From Neoechinorhynchus agilis (Eukaryota; Animalia; Acanthocephala), in contig CM121342.1 in assembly GCA_051530055.1 (NCBI GenBank), positions 5,331,489 through 5,395,488 on the forward strand: 64,000 nucleotides of DNA. The letters are read 5' to 3'. Position 1 is the first letter of the stretch. Each line of letters begins with the position of its first letter. Positions 1 to 12,742 of the stretch are shown here, piece after piece. The notes under the pieces are model-generated. The model was not told where the DNA came from, did not search any database, and saw only the letters and a list, made by a program, of their open reading frames with translations. The position numbers and the translations under genes were made by a program.

Positions 1-2503
1 GATGAGAACTCCATATTTTTCAATAAAAATCAATGCGTGAGCGTTGTGGCCGTTATCGAAAGCAAAACTGACTTAGAGGACAATAAAAATCTGAAAAATG
101 GGCAACAGAAAAAAAGAGGATTGAACATGACTGAACTTCGACTTCATTTGCCCATAGAGTGACATCGTACATGTTAGCAAGTTGCCTCATTAGATTTCTT
201 GCAATAAGATCGGCTCTTCCTATTAGGATACTAAGGAAACGTTTGAACACTTCTCTTATTAAATTGAACTCTTCTTCGTTAACATCGACAATCCTTGCCA
301 TACGAATGCCACTTGAAAGCCATTCTAGAAACCAGTGGGATCGACAAATAACAAGTTCAAGAGAATTTAAAACTCGAAGATACGCCATCTCTTCTTTTGC
401 GTATTTTGTAAGAAATGTATCGCCTATTAATGCATTAAGACGTTCTTGATGTCTTTTGACTGCATCGTCGTCCATCGTTTGATGAAGAGCAAGTGCACTT
501 CGTGTTTGTGACAAAACTAGAGAATTGAGGCTCTTTTGGTCAATCGCTTGAGCTTCCTTGTCGTTCTTCGTCTCAATTTCAAGCACTTTTACCTCGAGAT
601 CACGAATTTCTCGCTCTTTCTGTTTCACTAAAAACCTGAACTTGTTCATGGTTTCCTCCTTGTCGACCAAAGTGTACTTAAGCACTTCCACTTGTCTATC
701 ACTAGTCGCTAATTTTGCCTTAAAAGTATCCACCTGCTCTTTTAGACGAAGATTCTCCTCGTTAATGGTCTCAGTGATTTCGTTGTCCACTTCACACATC
801 GCATTAAGGTCGTTTAAAGCGGGAGATACTCGTTAATGGAACACACACCTTCATCATCCCATAAAAAAGGAAGGACTTTAAAGGAAGAGGAAACAGTTTT
901 TCCATTCTTTTCAACGACGAGAAATTTGTGTTTAAAAAAGGCAAATCAAAGCGTTTTTCATCAAATTGAATCTAACAAAAATATACAACTCACAGCCGAG
1001 CGATACGGCTCATAGAAAGTGACCAAATACTTTGAACCTAAATCAAAGTTTAATTTCTGATAGAAAAGAGTTAAAGAGCGACATTAAACCAGTACATTTA
1101 AAGTATCTCCTGCCAGAATTGTTCATTTAACTCCGATATTTTGTCTTCTAAATTGAGGTTTCTATCTGTAAGGACTGCAACCATTTTCTCTGCTCCCAGG
1201 CAGGCATCTGACTGCTCTTTTAGATCGCGATTAGTTTTCTCAAGATCATCGACTTTCTGACTTAGACTTTCGTTTATCTTCACAGTTGCCTGTAAGTCGC
1301 TCTCAAGACCATCAACCTTCTTTTTGAACGCTTCCATCTTTCTTCGGTCATCTATAGCATTATTACGGAGCTGCATCAGCGCATCACTCATTCTAACAAT
1401 CTTTTCTTGTTGTTCTTCGTATTTTTGGGACATTTCAAGTTCACCATTCGCACCACTGCCCTCTTGGAGTTTATAGACTTCCATTTGTAATTTCACTTCT
1501 TCTAATTCGCGCTCAAGCTCTGCATTCTTGATTTCGGCAATCTCAAGTCGTTCCTCTGCCATCTCCTTATCGACAGTTATACATTCAATCTGCTCTTCGG
1601 ATGAACTCATTTCATTTTTATAAGTCTGATACTCAAGCTCAATTCTCTGTCGCTGACTTTCAGTTTGGTTCAATTTATCCGAAAGCTGGGCCAAGTGGTC
1701 CTTTGCTTCTTCTTTATATTTCTGTAGCTGCTCCAACTGAAGCTTTAACCGTTCAAATCCTTTCATCGATTCCTTGTATTCGTTAAGCTTATTTTCAAGC
1801 CCGCCCTTGACAGATTCTAACTCGGCTACCCGTTCACGGAGTGCACGGACGTTTGTTATCTCTTCGGGGGTCGTTTCTTCACCGCCATATTTCGTTTGGT
1901 CGTTCGAAGTAGAATCAGAAGCATCGGAATCATTGATAAGATTTTGGGCTACTGCGGGAGGGTAGAGGCGATCCTCGTCGTCGTCCTCCTCCTCCGTTTT
2001 CGGACTCACTTGAGTTTTTTTCAATGACCGTACTGAAAGCTTCGAAATACGACTATGAGGTTTTAGAGTTCTTTGTGAAGAGATATTGCTCGACTTTTCA
2101 GAAATTTGATTATATCGATGATTTGAATCGGAATTTATGGACCGGCGGCGGGGGGACCTCTGAACAGCGCTCCAAAAAAGTCTAACAAGGAAAACTAATA
2201 ATTATTGGGATTATATTTTAGTGGTTTTTTTCAACGATGGCGTATGTTCAAAAAACCCAATAAAAATCATCGATTAGGCGAACGAGATCGTTTTACTTGG
2301 GATGATTTTACAAATATGCCATGAAAAGGTTCACATTCAAAGTATTTTGTTCCCCCGACGCTTCCATCATTTCGTCCGAGCGGAACATTAAGAATAACGC
2401 CGATCCATTGACCGTTTGCGAATTCAGTTTCTCCAATGAATGCAACAACGCCCTGACCTTTATTTCCGACCGTCACCCGGTCGCCAATATTAAATTTATC
2501 CAT
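1..2503 (-). CDS. DCTN1: Dynactin subunit 1 (p150Glued), 5' part; runs off the left edge. ATG 2503, canonical GT-AG intron after KSSQ, non-canonical junction 813-1113, canonical ~40-nt intron near 90-130
   Basis: CAP-Gly motif GETEFANGQWIGVILNVPLGRNDGSV..KYFEC; long coiled coil with VDKEMAEER and EKMVAVLTDRNLNLEDKI motifs typical of p150Glued. Confidence 0.93.
813..1113 (-). other. Predicted non-canonical GC...AA intron (301 nt) closed by a terminal stem
   Basis: In-frame stop in the upstream exon; no single in-phase GT/GC-AG pair found; arms GCAGGAGATACT / AGTATCTCCCGC pair 11/12; spacer TTTAAA. Confidence 0.7.
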
Positions 2504-2764
2504 CAAACAAAAATCAATCACATTGATTTTAAGGGGAAACGTTACACGGAAGAAACATAGACTCAAATCCTTTTAAAATTCGACTAATTGCAAGTTTGGA
2601 AAAAGGTGTTTGGGTTTTCGCTATTCCTCCCCAACTAAAGAAAAAAGTTGGATCGTAGGACGTGAGGAAAGAGATCCGCTAATAAGGAACTTTCCAAAAA
2701 CAACCGGATTCATTCGAGTGTTTAATTCAATAAGCTGAAGAAAAGCCGTGGCTATATCTCTGAG

Positions 2765-3613
2765 ATGGAAATGAATAAGGACGATGAGAAGTTCTGGGAT
2801 GAATTGAACGTTGACATGGAAGCGCCCAAAAGTATGGCTGAATTGTTTTGTACGATGAACCAATTGCTAAAGGACACACGAACCCGATCATCGATTCGAG
2901 AACGTATTTGTGATTTTGTACTATCAAAAGTCAAGTCATACCATTTTCCGAACTTCACTTTTGATCTCGTCAATATTTTTTCTCCGATACTGTTAACAAT
3001 GATTTATCGCATTAGCGATGACCGAGAACAGATTACAGCTCTCAATGCGATCAATCACATCGTTAAAGAATGTACCTCTGAAGCCGTTCATAAGTGTAAT
3101 CATGCCGACCTTTTTTATGATGCATTGACAAATTCAAGCCAATTAAATCAATATTCCGCTGGAAGGTCGCCTCAAATTCTCCGTCAATTCCTTTTAACGG
3201 CACAATCGATGCTTACATCATCATCATCATCAATGTGCTGGTTCAATGCGTCCGAGAAACGATTGGAATTACTGAGGTCACTGAGTGATTATGTTCGATT
3301 TGAAATGAAATTCGCAACAAGGCTTGTTGGCTACGAAAACGTTCTTTTGTTGCTCAATGAAGTGGGAAATGACATGATTTTTGTGAGAAAATCGCTGTTT
3401 GATCTTGTTTACGAGAACTTGAATGTCCTTCGTCGCGGTGACCAGGATGAAAGAAGCCGACGTGAAATTGAGCTTTTAATCATGATTGTTAGAAAGCTTT
3501 TTGAAGCGCCAATTGCTCAACATGGTTTAGAATGGGATCGCTACTGCGAGATTAGAGAATTAGTTACTGAATGGGATTTCGCCAGAGAAATTGTGGCTCA
3601 TTCTCAAAGTTGA
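2765..3613 (+). CDS. HEAT-repeat protein, TTI2 (TELO2-interacting protein 2)-like, intronless
   Basis: 282-aa ORF; SDDREQITALNAINHIV...NHADLFYDALTN resembles the recalled TTI2 segment DDYQTENKILGVHCLHHIV...RAQVLYHALSN. Confidence 0.6.
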   Translation: MEMNKDDEKFWDELNVDMEAPKSMAELFCTMNQLLKDTRTRSSIRERICDFVLSKVKSYHFPNFTFDLVNIFSPILLTMIYRISDDREQITALNAINHIVKECTSEAVHKCNHADLFYDALTNSSQLNQYSAGRSPQILRQFLLTAQSMLTSSSSSMCWFNASEKRLELLRSLSDYVRFEMKFATRLVGYENVLLLLNEVGNDMIFVRKSLFDLVYENLNVLRRGDQDERSRREIELLIMIVRKLFEAPIAQHGLEWDRYCEIRELVTEWDFAREIVAHSQS

Positions 3614-3726
3614 GTAGGATAAAGATTGTGTTCCCAGACTGACCTTGTCCACATTAACAATCAAAATAACAGTTTATTTTTTAAACTACACTTTTTTGTT
3701 TCAATCAGTGTTGTTGACTAATTTTC

Positions 3727-4494
3727 TTAGGACGATTCCGTGAAGGTTCTTATATGGGCACAACAATCGGGTGACTTTTTTGGCTTGAATTCGTCTGGAA
3801 GAGCGACACGTTTTCCATCGGTCACAATTCTGACTACATACAAATCATTTGTACTGTCATTGATTTCATTGGTCTTCTTTCCATCTATTAAGCTTTCCAG
3901 ATAACGGAAGGATCTTTTCTAGAACAACATAGAGATTGATTTCTTTTTGGATAAATGCCAACATACCTCAAGTCTTCTTGTAACTGGATGATGATTAATT
4001 CTTGCTCCACTCTGTCCACAAACTGGACAACTGACTTTTAAGCACCTAGCACAACCAATGTTACAACTCATACAGTTCACACGGCAAAGTAAACATTGTC
4101 TACATAAGCGACATGAGTGGCATACGTTCAAACATGAACAAGGTTCACATTGGCAAGGAGTCAAACAGAGCCTTTTTGCACAATGAGCACAATTGAAACA
4201 TTGATAGTTCAATTGACGCTTTTGGAGACTGTGGAATTGTGAGTTTATTGACGGTTGTCGCACGTAGACCGGACATGGTCCACACTTTTCCGATTGAATC
4301 GGATATTGATTCACGTACGAGAGAGATTGGTCTTGGCTGCTCAAAAACTGATCTGCCAGGTCCAAAGAATTGTAGCCATTCAAAGGCGTACATATCACTT
4401 TACTTTGTCTCATATATTGAGCAAATGCGTTGATGCCTGGTAGCCGCCAATCAATGATGATGATAATAATAGTTTGGAGCAAACAATAAATCAT
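3727..4494 (-). CDS. Secreted cysteine-rich protein, 2 exons (GT-AG intron GTATGT...TTCTAG of ~48 nt)
   Basis: Hydrophobic N-terminus from ATG 4494; dense CxxC/CxC tract; splicing restores an open frame to the TAA at 3727. Confidence 0.6.
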
Positions 4495-4679
4495 GGGTTT
4501 AGACACTGTCAATCATGACTCGTTTCTTTTTTCGTTCACAGTTGCTGGGTAACGAAGCAAATTAAAACACACACACACTGAGTTTTCATTCATGAACAAA
4601 TTAAACTTTATCATTTATTAACACATTTTGTTAAGGAAATCCAAATTAATCGTGTGATCTTTTTAAAAAAGAATTCACA

Positions 4680-4900
4680 AAAAAAAGATCAAGTAAATTC
4701 GACCTGGTGAACGCGTTTACGTCCATGTAGTCGACGTCGATGGTACAAGTAGACTAACCAGTCGGTGGTAACCTTTCGCGATCATACCTGAATAATGGCA
4801 ATCCATCTCAACTCATCAAATAGCTATCATCCATACGAACACTGTCAAACAATCAGGAATTTCGATATTTTCGATGACCGCCTTCGAAATGAAATGGTAA
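4680..4900 (-). mobile_element. Possible decayed LINE endonuclease fragment
   Basis: Minus-strand translation gives FTRSNLLDLFFVN, similar to the APE C-terminal motif TR.N.LDL.F.N; flanked by stops. Confidence 0.3.
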
Positions 4901-5517
4901 TAAAATTCTCGATTTTGCATCATTTCATGCTTGTCCTAATTATGCCCTAATTAACATCATTGTTTTGATCAAGACTGGAACTAATTTAGATCTTATTGGC
5001 TACACCCTCTCTAATAACGGTCGATTTGTACGTAAGATGCAATATCATTCGCTCGTTTAATCGGCTTATATAACTAACAGACTTACCACTTTTTAAAAAA
5101 TATTCACTCTTGCGATTCTATATTCGTTGCATTAAAATAGAGAACAATCGGATATGAGCGATTATGCCTCTCTTTTTTTTAATAATCATTGAAACATTCC
5201 TAAAAGTATTTTAAAAATTGGAAATCTTTTTTAGGTCTGCATTTGGTAAATAATTTTTTTTATCAAAAACGTTCCGAATCACGAAGGGTTAAAAAAAGGA
5301 TTTATTGGGTAAAGACCTAAACATTAATCCTAACCTCACATATCGACATTTTAAAAATATGATGTATTGCACCTTAATTTTATACTTTTATTTTATAAAA
5401 TTAAGAACAATGAAGCTTCTTACACAGCTCAAAAATTTAGAAACAATTAATAATGTTTGTTCTATTGTTTCCCGTGTGGTAATTCATCTAACTTATTTCT
5501 TTTCTCATTTTCAGAAA

Positions 5518-7128
5518 ATGCACCCCAAAAATATTGCGCAATGTAACTTTGCCAAAGTAGAAAAATTCGAGCAATGGTCAACAAAAATGACATTTGCGCT
5601 TTCAATCGTTGCACTTACGTTCAACTTTTTCCCAGCATTCCAACTTCCTTTTCTCCTTTCTAAAAATGGCGGAGTTGCATTCTTCTTACCGCTACTGTTC
5701 TTCACACTCCTTGTCGGATGTCCACTCATCGGATTGGATATATTTCTCGGAATTGCATATCCAAATGGATCCATTCATATATTCAAGCAAATATTTCGCC
5801 CTTTGAAGGGAGTCGGTGCAATGATGGTTCTTACATGCATTCCAGTCACCATAATCAACAACGGGATTCTATCTTGGATACTTAAGTTTTTAATCGAAAC
5901 TATTAACGGACAACCTCCTTGGTGGTCTAATGAAAATTCTACAATATTCGAAAATTGGATGGATGAATTGTTTAACCCATCGAATAGTCAAAACATAGGC
6001 ATCAGCATTGACTTAGTAGGACCTTTGATGTTGATCTCAGCGATCACATATGGAGCTGTTTTTCATGGACCGAAAAGCATTCAAACTTACTCTTACGTTG
6101 GAGTTAATATTCCACTAATTGGATTTCTCACAATTCTTCTATTTTCATTGACTGACAATGGTCTGATTGGTCTAAAAATATTTCTGAAACCTGATTGGTT
6201 GAAGCTTCGAAGTGTGTCCGTTTGGACGGATGCATGCATTTATGTGCTAAAGACACTTGGTTGTGGAATGGGCATCGTAAGTACCTATGCCCGGTACAAC
6301 AAACCAAAGATATTTACTTCAGTCGAAATTGCAATCATATCATTTATGATCCCGTTATTGTCACTCATTTTCGGTATCGCAGTTAGTTTGGCTCTATTCT
6401 CTGAAATTGGACCAATTATCGGTCACCAAGAAAGTATCCTTATTCTCGAAGGAAATGGACTTCACAATATTCTTGTTTTTTATCCAATTCACATCAGTAT
6501 TTCTAATCAACCTCGCATTCGATTGTTGGTATTCTTTACTGCAGTCCTGGTACTGGGCTTCAATACGATCGTAGCAACAACTGAAACCATTCATTCGGCA
6601 CTTTCGGGAGTTTGCAAATTAAATAAAAGATACAGAGGCGTTAGTCGATTTATGGTTGTCTCAATGTGCTTTATCGTTTCACTCCCAACGATTACAACTC
6701 GAGGATTCCGCGTGATCGAAATTATAGACACATTCGCAATTACGCCGAACTTGCTATTAATTGTCGTCTTCCAATTGGCTGGAATTTTCATTGTGCTGGG
6801 ATTAAAGTTATTTACGCGGGATGCCGAATTGAACTTAAAACGGCTGGTTGTCACCAAAACCAAAGGGAGATTAATTGTTCTTTGGATGATTAGTGTTATG
6901 ATTGGTTGTGTTTTTCTTTACGTGAAATCAATGATCGAAATCGACAAAGATTCGCTTAAATTCGATAGAAATGCGGTAAAGTATGGATGGACTTTGTGCG
7001 CTTGCATTGTTTCTCCAGTCATTTTAAATATCATCTTTGATGTCATCTTCAACTATTGGCTCGAAATCCGAAAGCAAAGAACTCCACTAACGGCTCCACG
7101 ATTTTCAATTTTGTGCACAGATGTATGA
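5518..7128 (+). CDS. Divergent SLC6/NSS sodium:neurotransmitter symporter family protein
   Basis: Multi-TM ORF with NGGVAFFLP, GIPLIGLD-like, KPDWLKL.SVSVWTDAC and LGCGMGIVSTYARYN motifs of SLC6. Confidence 0.85.
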   Translation: MHPKNIAQCNFAKVEKFEQWSTKMTFALSIVALTFNFFPAFQLPFLLSKNGGVAFFLPLLFFTLLVGCPLIGLDIFLGIAYPNGSIHIFKQIFRPLKGVGAMMVLTCIPVTIINNGILSWILKFLIETINGQPPWWSNENSTIFENWMDELFNPSNSQNIGISIDLVGPLMLISAITYGAVFHGPKSIQTYSYVGVNIPLIGFLTILLFSLTDNGLIGLKIFLKPDWLKLRSVSVWTDACIYVLKTLGCGMGIVSTYARYNKPKIFTSVEIAIISFMIPLLSLIFGIAVSLALFSEIGPIIGHQESILILEGNGLHNILVFYPIHISISNQPRIRLLVFFTAVLVLGFNTIVATTETIHSALSGVCKLNKRYRGVSRFMVVSMCFIVSLPTITTRGFRVIEIIDTFAITPNLLLIVVFQLAGIFIVLGLKLFTRDAELNLKRLVVTKTKGRLIVLWMISVMIGCVFLYVKSMIEIDKDSLKFDRNAVKYGWTLCACIVSPVILNIIFDVIFNYWLEIRKQRTPLTAPRFSILCTDV

Positions 7129-7764
7129 TTGTTCAAAATATTAAAGAATGAAATAAAAGTGTAATTTTTTTTACTTTTATGTTTTTTGACTGCGTTCGGT
7201 AACTGCAAAAATTGCACCGACGGGAATACTCTTAAAACGACGACCTTCTCAGTAATCGCGAATTATTGATTATTTTTGAGTTGTGTGGCACTGTGATTAT
7301 AGCATTAGAGTGAATTGGTTTAAAAAGACTCGTAATGCCACCAATTTCCATATGAAATAAAGCTTCAAACTACGTTTGACGACAAAAGATTCTACGACGG
7401 TTGGTCCACTCTAAGGGATTATTTTGTTGGCAGAAAGTCGGCAATGTAGTCAAAAGAAGACTTCAAGATGCAAAGGCAGGTTTGAACATCTCGGAAAAGA
7501 AGAGCTTTAATTTGATATACAGCTGTCTCAAAAATGAAGAATGACCACTTGAATACTAAATACGTCCATGTGAGAATTTTGCGATAGAACCTAAATCTTT
7601 AACAATGGATTCTCAGGAGCAAATCCTGACTAATGTTTTCAGATTCCTGTTGAAAGTTTTTAACGGTGATCTCAAGTTCGCCTAAAAGATTTCCCATACT
7701 TGTGTAGTTGTAAGCAAAATAAAGATTTTAATGTAGAGAGAAATTAGTTCGTTCTTAAGATTGT

Positions 7765-8364
7765 TTAATGCGACTTCTTAGCCAAGTATTTGGCAACTCC
7801 TTTGTTTGCCATAACACTTTCTCTTACGGCCAATAATCCTTTGTGTTTCGCGACTTCTTCTTTATTGAACTCCTCGTAGTTCTCCAAATTGTCAAATACG
7901 AAAAGATCGGCCCAAGTGAGTTTATCTCCAACCATGTGCTTTTCACTTCCGTACATCTTCTTTAACTTTTCTAGTCTCCCTAGAACAAGCGGGATTTCTT
8001 CATTTTTGAACTTTAGTAAGAGCGCTTTTTGATCCTCGCCCTTGCTGTGAAAGCGAGCCTCGATATAGGAGTTTAAGGGATCCAGAAGCGTATCCACGAC
8101 AGCATCAATCTTAGCATTTTCAAGGATGCAATCGCTGGCAAGTCCATGCTTCTTTGCAAGATATCGAGCGATGGCCATACTTTGAGGAAGGACGGTTCCG
8201 TCGTCTAAGACGAGAAATGGTAATTGTCCCAATGGAGTGGATGGTTTAACTTCCGGCCACTTGGTCATCGCGATCCGTTCATCAACGAGCTGGACATCCG
8301 CGGCTGCCGCTATCAATCGCGTGATTTCTCCTTTTGCTCTAAGATCAAAGTAGCAAAACTTCAT
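7765..8364 (-). CDS. Glutathione S-transferase, sigma-class-like, intronless
   Basis: YFDLRAKGEITRL, KPSTPLGQLPFL, PQSMAIARYLAK, VGDKLTWADL motifs. Confidence 0.93.
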   Translation of the reverse strand: MKFCYFDLRAKGEITRLIAAAADVQLVDERIAMTKWPEVKPSTPLGQLPFLVLDDGTVLPQSMAIARYLAKKHGLASDCILENAKIDAVVDTLLDPLNSYIEARFHSKGEDQKALLLKFKNEEIPLVLGRLEKLKKMYGSEKHMVGDKLTWADLFVFDNLENYEEFNKEEVAKHKGLLAVRESVMANKGVAKYLAKKSH

Positions 8365-8649
8365 TGCTGTGCAAACGAAGCCGTTTAAACGTGCATTTAT
8401 AGTCGAAGAAAGCGTGAATCTCGAGCGTGATTCATTCCTAAGGAGTGCTACACCATTGTTTCAAGAATTAAGCTCCCGCTTGGATTATGCAACCCTTAGG
8501 AATTCTTGACAAACTCGCTCATGAGTAATGTTCATTGTGTCTAAAACGTAATGACACAAAGTGCTTTTGTATTCATCTGAAAAAGGTTTTTTTATTTAAC
8601 CATTAAAGCCCAGCATTTGAATAATCAATAATTTGGTTTAAGTGCAATT

Positions 8650-11600
8650 GACACCCATTTCTGGTTCAACGAGGCAATGTTTTTGCAACCTAACGTTGCG
8701 GCGGAGGGTGGAACACGGCCACCAAAAAGAATACCTGTGCCTCAAGAGATTCGGAGATAAATTATCAACGATTCCAACGTTCAGTCGTTGACGCTTCATC
8801 GATTTCAAGACCTTTTGAGCCTTCGGTTGAGGCAATGGAGATCGATTTGCATGAAACAGAAGCACCTGACTCTCATCACGGAGTGTCTGCCAAGAATACG
8901 AGTGGTCAACGGCCATCTTCTTTTCCAGCCTTTTAATTACGGTCTGATCAACGAGAACAAATGCTCTCCCATCCACAATCTAAAAGTGTCATTTCTGAGC
9001 CATACTCGGCTCTTCCTACCAAATCGAACCCTATGACGCCCTTATAACTCATTGGGCTGCCTCGGTTCAATAACGGTGGCATAAAAAGAGTTGAAAAATT
9101 AACATATTTCGCCGGTACCATGCAGATTTACGCAAGTAGTTATGAATGGATGTCTAGCCTGGTCGAATTCGCCAACTCCAACCTTCCAATTCAACTATAT
9201 ATATTTAATCTCCTCTGTAACTTCTGAGAAAATCCAATTTCTCGCGCATGGTCTTCAGCCGGACATGAGGACAAGGATCCCTTCAAAGCATCCTTCGGAT
9301 GCACGATAAAATACTTTCTCAAATCAAGGAAATCCGGACATTCTATTTCTATTGCAGCTGTTGAAAGACCAAGACATCATCGAGACGAACTCTGCACAAG
9401 TAGACCTCGGGCCTTTAACCGTTTCTCAATTCATTTTTCTCAAAAGTCCTACTGTGAGCAAGACGATTACGTGTTCCCTCGATGCAATCTCTGCCAGCAA
9501 TGGGGACATTGGTGCCAAAACTGTACTCATGAGGTGCAAGCAAAGTGTTGCCACTGCTCCAACACCGACCACAGCTTAGACTGTTGCCCCGATCCACTCA
9601 AGAGACGTTGTGTCAATTGTCAGGGATCTCATGCTGCATTCTTTAAAGGTTGTCTCAAGTTTAAACAATATTTGGCTTGGTTGAAAAATAGAGGAATCAG
9701 GTTAGGTACTTTTATAGCTCGCCGTCAAGCTTCAGCGTCATCGTCTCATGCCTGAACTTCCTTCAGACCTTCGCAAAAGAGAATTCGAATCAGTTGGTGG
9801 CCATTGAACAACTGGAACTGCGGCAACAACATACTCGTCTTACAGAGGCTTTAGTCAGTTTCGAAAGGACACTTCTGACAAGATTGTCGGATCTACCTGA
9901 CATACTATCGTCTGCTTTCACACAACCTAAATCATCCCTCCTTAAAAGGACTATGTCAAATCAAGTTGATGATGATAACCTCACGGACGAATTCGGAATT
10001 CGTGAGTCGAATCATCAAGGAACAATCAGTCGCAGCCCTCATTTTCCCTAGCTGGCTCAATCCGAAGGCTGAGAATTTGTGCCTGTCACAGTGGAGCTGT
10101 GGGGGGAGGCGACCAATCTCATTAAAATTACTAATCTCATATTGAGAGCTTCTATTTTTCTTTTCCAAGAAAGTAAAAGTGTATACAATACATCTCAACT
10201 TTTCAATTTCCTACTTCAATTTGACTCTCCCGAATATGTTTTTTTATCAGTCACAAGGTCTAATTTCTGTCTTCCACACTTCTCTTAATCCATCTTTAAT
10301 ATCTACCTTTATTTCAAATGAGCTGTCCTACTCCCATTTTAAATTTTTCTTCGATCGCCGGCGTCTCACTATTGCCAATCTGCACCCCGGCTGTTAAGAA
10401 TATTGTCAAATGCCTTCTCCATTCTAACATCGATTTCATTGCTGGCGATTTCAATGACCCTTCGGCGAAATGGTCCAAGGCCATAGTCAACTCGGTCAAA
10501 CCTCACTACGAACTCTCTGCATCTCTTACTCCGTCCAATCACAACATAACGAAAAATATCCACTCATTCTTAGACCTTATTGAAAATGTTTGAATTTGTT
10601 AATTCAAGTAGAGCGGAAGGTGTCTCTCTTTAACTTAGCTGGCCATAACGCTCTAATATGGTCTATTGGAAGTATTAATACTTTAAGGAGAGTCCTACAC
10701 TTGTCCCCTCTAAACATTGCTCTGTTCAGATCAGTTGACCAATTGCTTCTATCGCGGAATTATTTAGCCAATAATTTGAATTATGCCCTTCCTCAAATTA
10801 ATTGTTTTATCAATTCAACTGCTAATCTGTATATCTACCAACCACAGAAGGTTTTCTCTAGACCTTACGAAAGCAGATCACTTCGTTTTATTGGGTGTCA
10901 ACTATATCAAGCTAAATATTGCGGAGACTTTTTCCTATCAAAGTACTTTCCATTCAATACTGGCAGCTCAGACAACAAATGGCATTTGACGGCGCCTTTT
11001 TAGAAACTTTAAAACCTTTCTCTTCGGAGTGGTGGAATACGATTTCAAGGAAAAACTGATTTTCATGCCTCCGCTTGCGCCAAAGACAATATTCCGCCAA
11101 TCATATTTCGCAGATTAATCCGTAACCGCTCTGATTTGACTCAGAATGATATTGCTAAAGTTTGATCTCTTAATCCCAAAATTTCCTCATCCAACAGCAC
11201 TTCAGGAACCAAATGCTACCGCGGGATTGCGTCCTCCACATAGCAAACTTGATGTTGTAGTGTTCCGCCTGGTGGGATATTCAAATTAAGGATGCGACTC
11301 CCGCCGGATGTTATGTGACGCCTGAATTGAGAATCCCTGTGTTTTAGATCGCTGAAGAAGATCCGAGATAGTGGATCGAAATATCCAATAAAATCTTAAG
11401 TTCATTTATCTCTCTCCTATCAACAAATAACAAGCAATTATCTTTTCAACATATATCTCACGGTACATCTTGTTGGTTAAAAATGGGAAAAGTCAATGCA
11501 CCCAAAGACCTTTGCCCGATCTCCTTGCAAATCACCATCTACGAACGTTCTCTAGCGCATAAACTCAATCTTTTCGTCTTGGAGCACAACTGTCCTTTAA

Positions 11601-12600
11601 AAGGGAAGTCTGTTCACTCAGAGTTGGCTGATATTCGAACTTTGGCGACGCCGCATATTGACAAAATCTCCCTAAGCTGTCGAAATGATGGAATATTTCA
11701 GTGTTCCACATAACCTAATTGCTAGGATTCATAATACCCTTTTCTCGAAAGCTTTTTATTACGATGATGCTGGTCGGTGTTCCACAAGGATCGCCACTCT
11801 CTCCTATTTTATTCCTTTTTTCTTCGCAATACATTGTACAAAATATGACTTTCTAATACAGATGAAATCAGCTTTGTGATGAAATCTCAAAGGGTAGCCA
11901 GGCTGAAACTTTTAATCGAACAATCCATAGAGTATCTAAAGACCAACAAAATTGATCATTAAAACCCGCTCAAGCCGAATACACAGAGACTTCAAACTGT
12001 TCTTCACTTTTATCCAACAATTCTCAATCTTTTATGCCCAACGAGCTACGATTCTCGGACACACGATCCCAGTCAATTTATCCCCTAGGACAGACATTAC
12101 TAAAACTTCTAAAAGTAGCAAAATCGAAAACAACTCGTGCGCCTATAAATTGGGGCTGAGTTTCAATAACCTAAGAACTATATGGAAAACTTGTGCTTTC
12201 TCCAACCTTGTTTTTTTCTCCCGAACACAATTTACTTTTTATTGAGAGTTTCTAAAGAATTTTTTCTGTGCCCTAAAACTTCTTAAATTCGATGTAATAA
12301 AAAAGCCAAAAGAGCTCTAAAGCTTAGTTGAAATTCTGATCAAGCACAAGTTTTATGGAAATACTGGAGCATCCCTGGCCTGGGTTTCTTTTCAAGAAGT
12401 CGTCCACCCTAACAAAAGGCTTTGTTCATCAATACCTTCATCAAGCACCTCTATTCCGGGTCGGAGAGTTAAAGAGTTTCTACTCCTCACGTTTGCAGCA
12501 CTGGATTTCATACATTTTCGATCAGAAATTGCCTGCCTATGAATGAGCGATACAAGTAAACGACGACAGCTACTTGATATATTGAGATGATTTCGAGGGG
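8650..12600 (+). mobile_element. Decayed APE-type non-LTR retrotransposon (LINE) with ORF1 zinc knuckles, endonuclease and RT remnants; boundaries approximate
   Basis: PRCNLCQQWGHWCQNC..C.HC...H...C..RCVNCQGSH at 9471-9700; IAGDFND at ~10440; KDLCPISL at ~11505; many stops and frameshifts. Confidence 0.8.
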
Positions 12601-12742
12601 GGGGAATGGATATTGCAATTTAATACTTCACACTATTTTTTAATGCATGAAAGCGAATCGCAAATTATTTAACCACCGCGCGCACGCGATTTTTTATTTA
12701 TTATCAAGGCCTCATACACTTGTTGTCTATGACATCTTTTTT

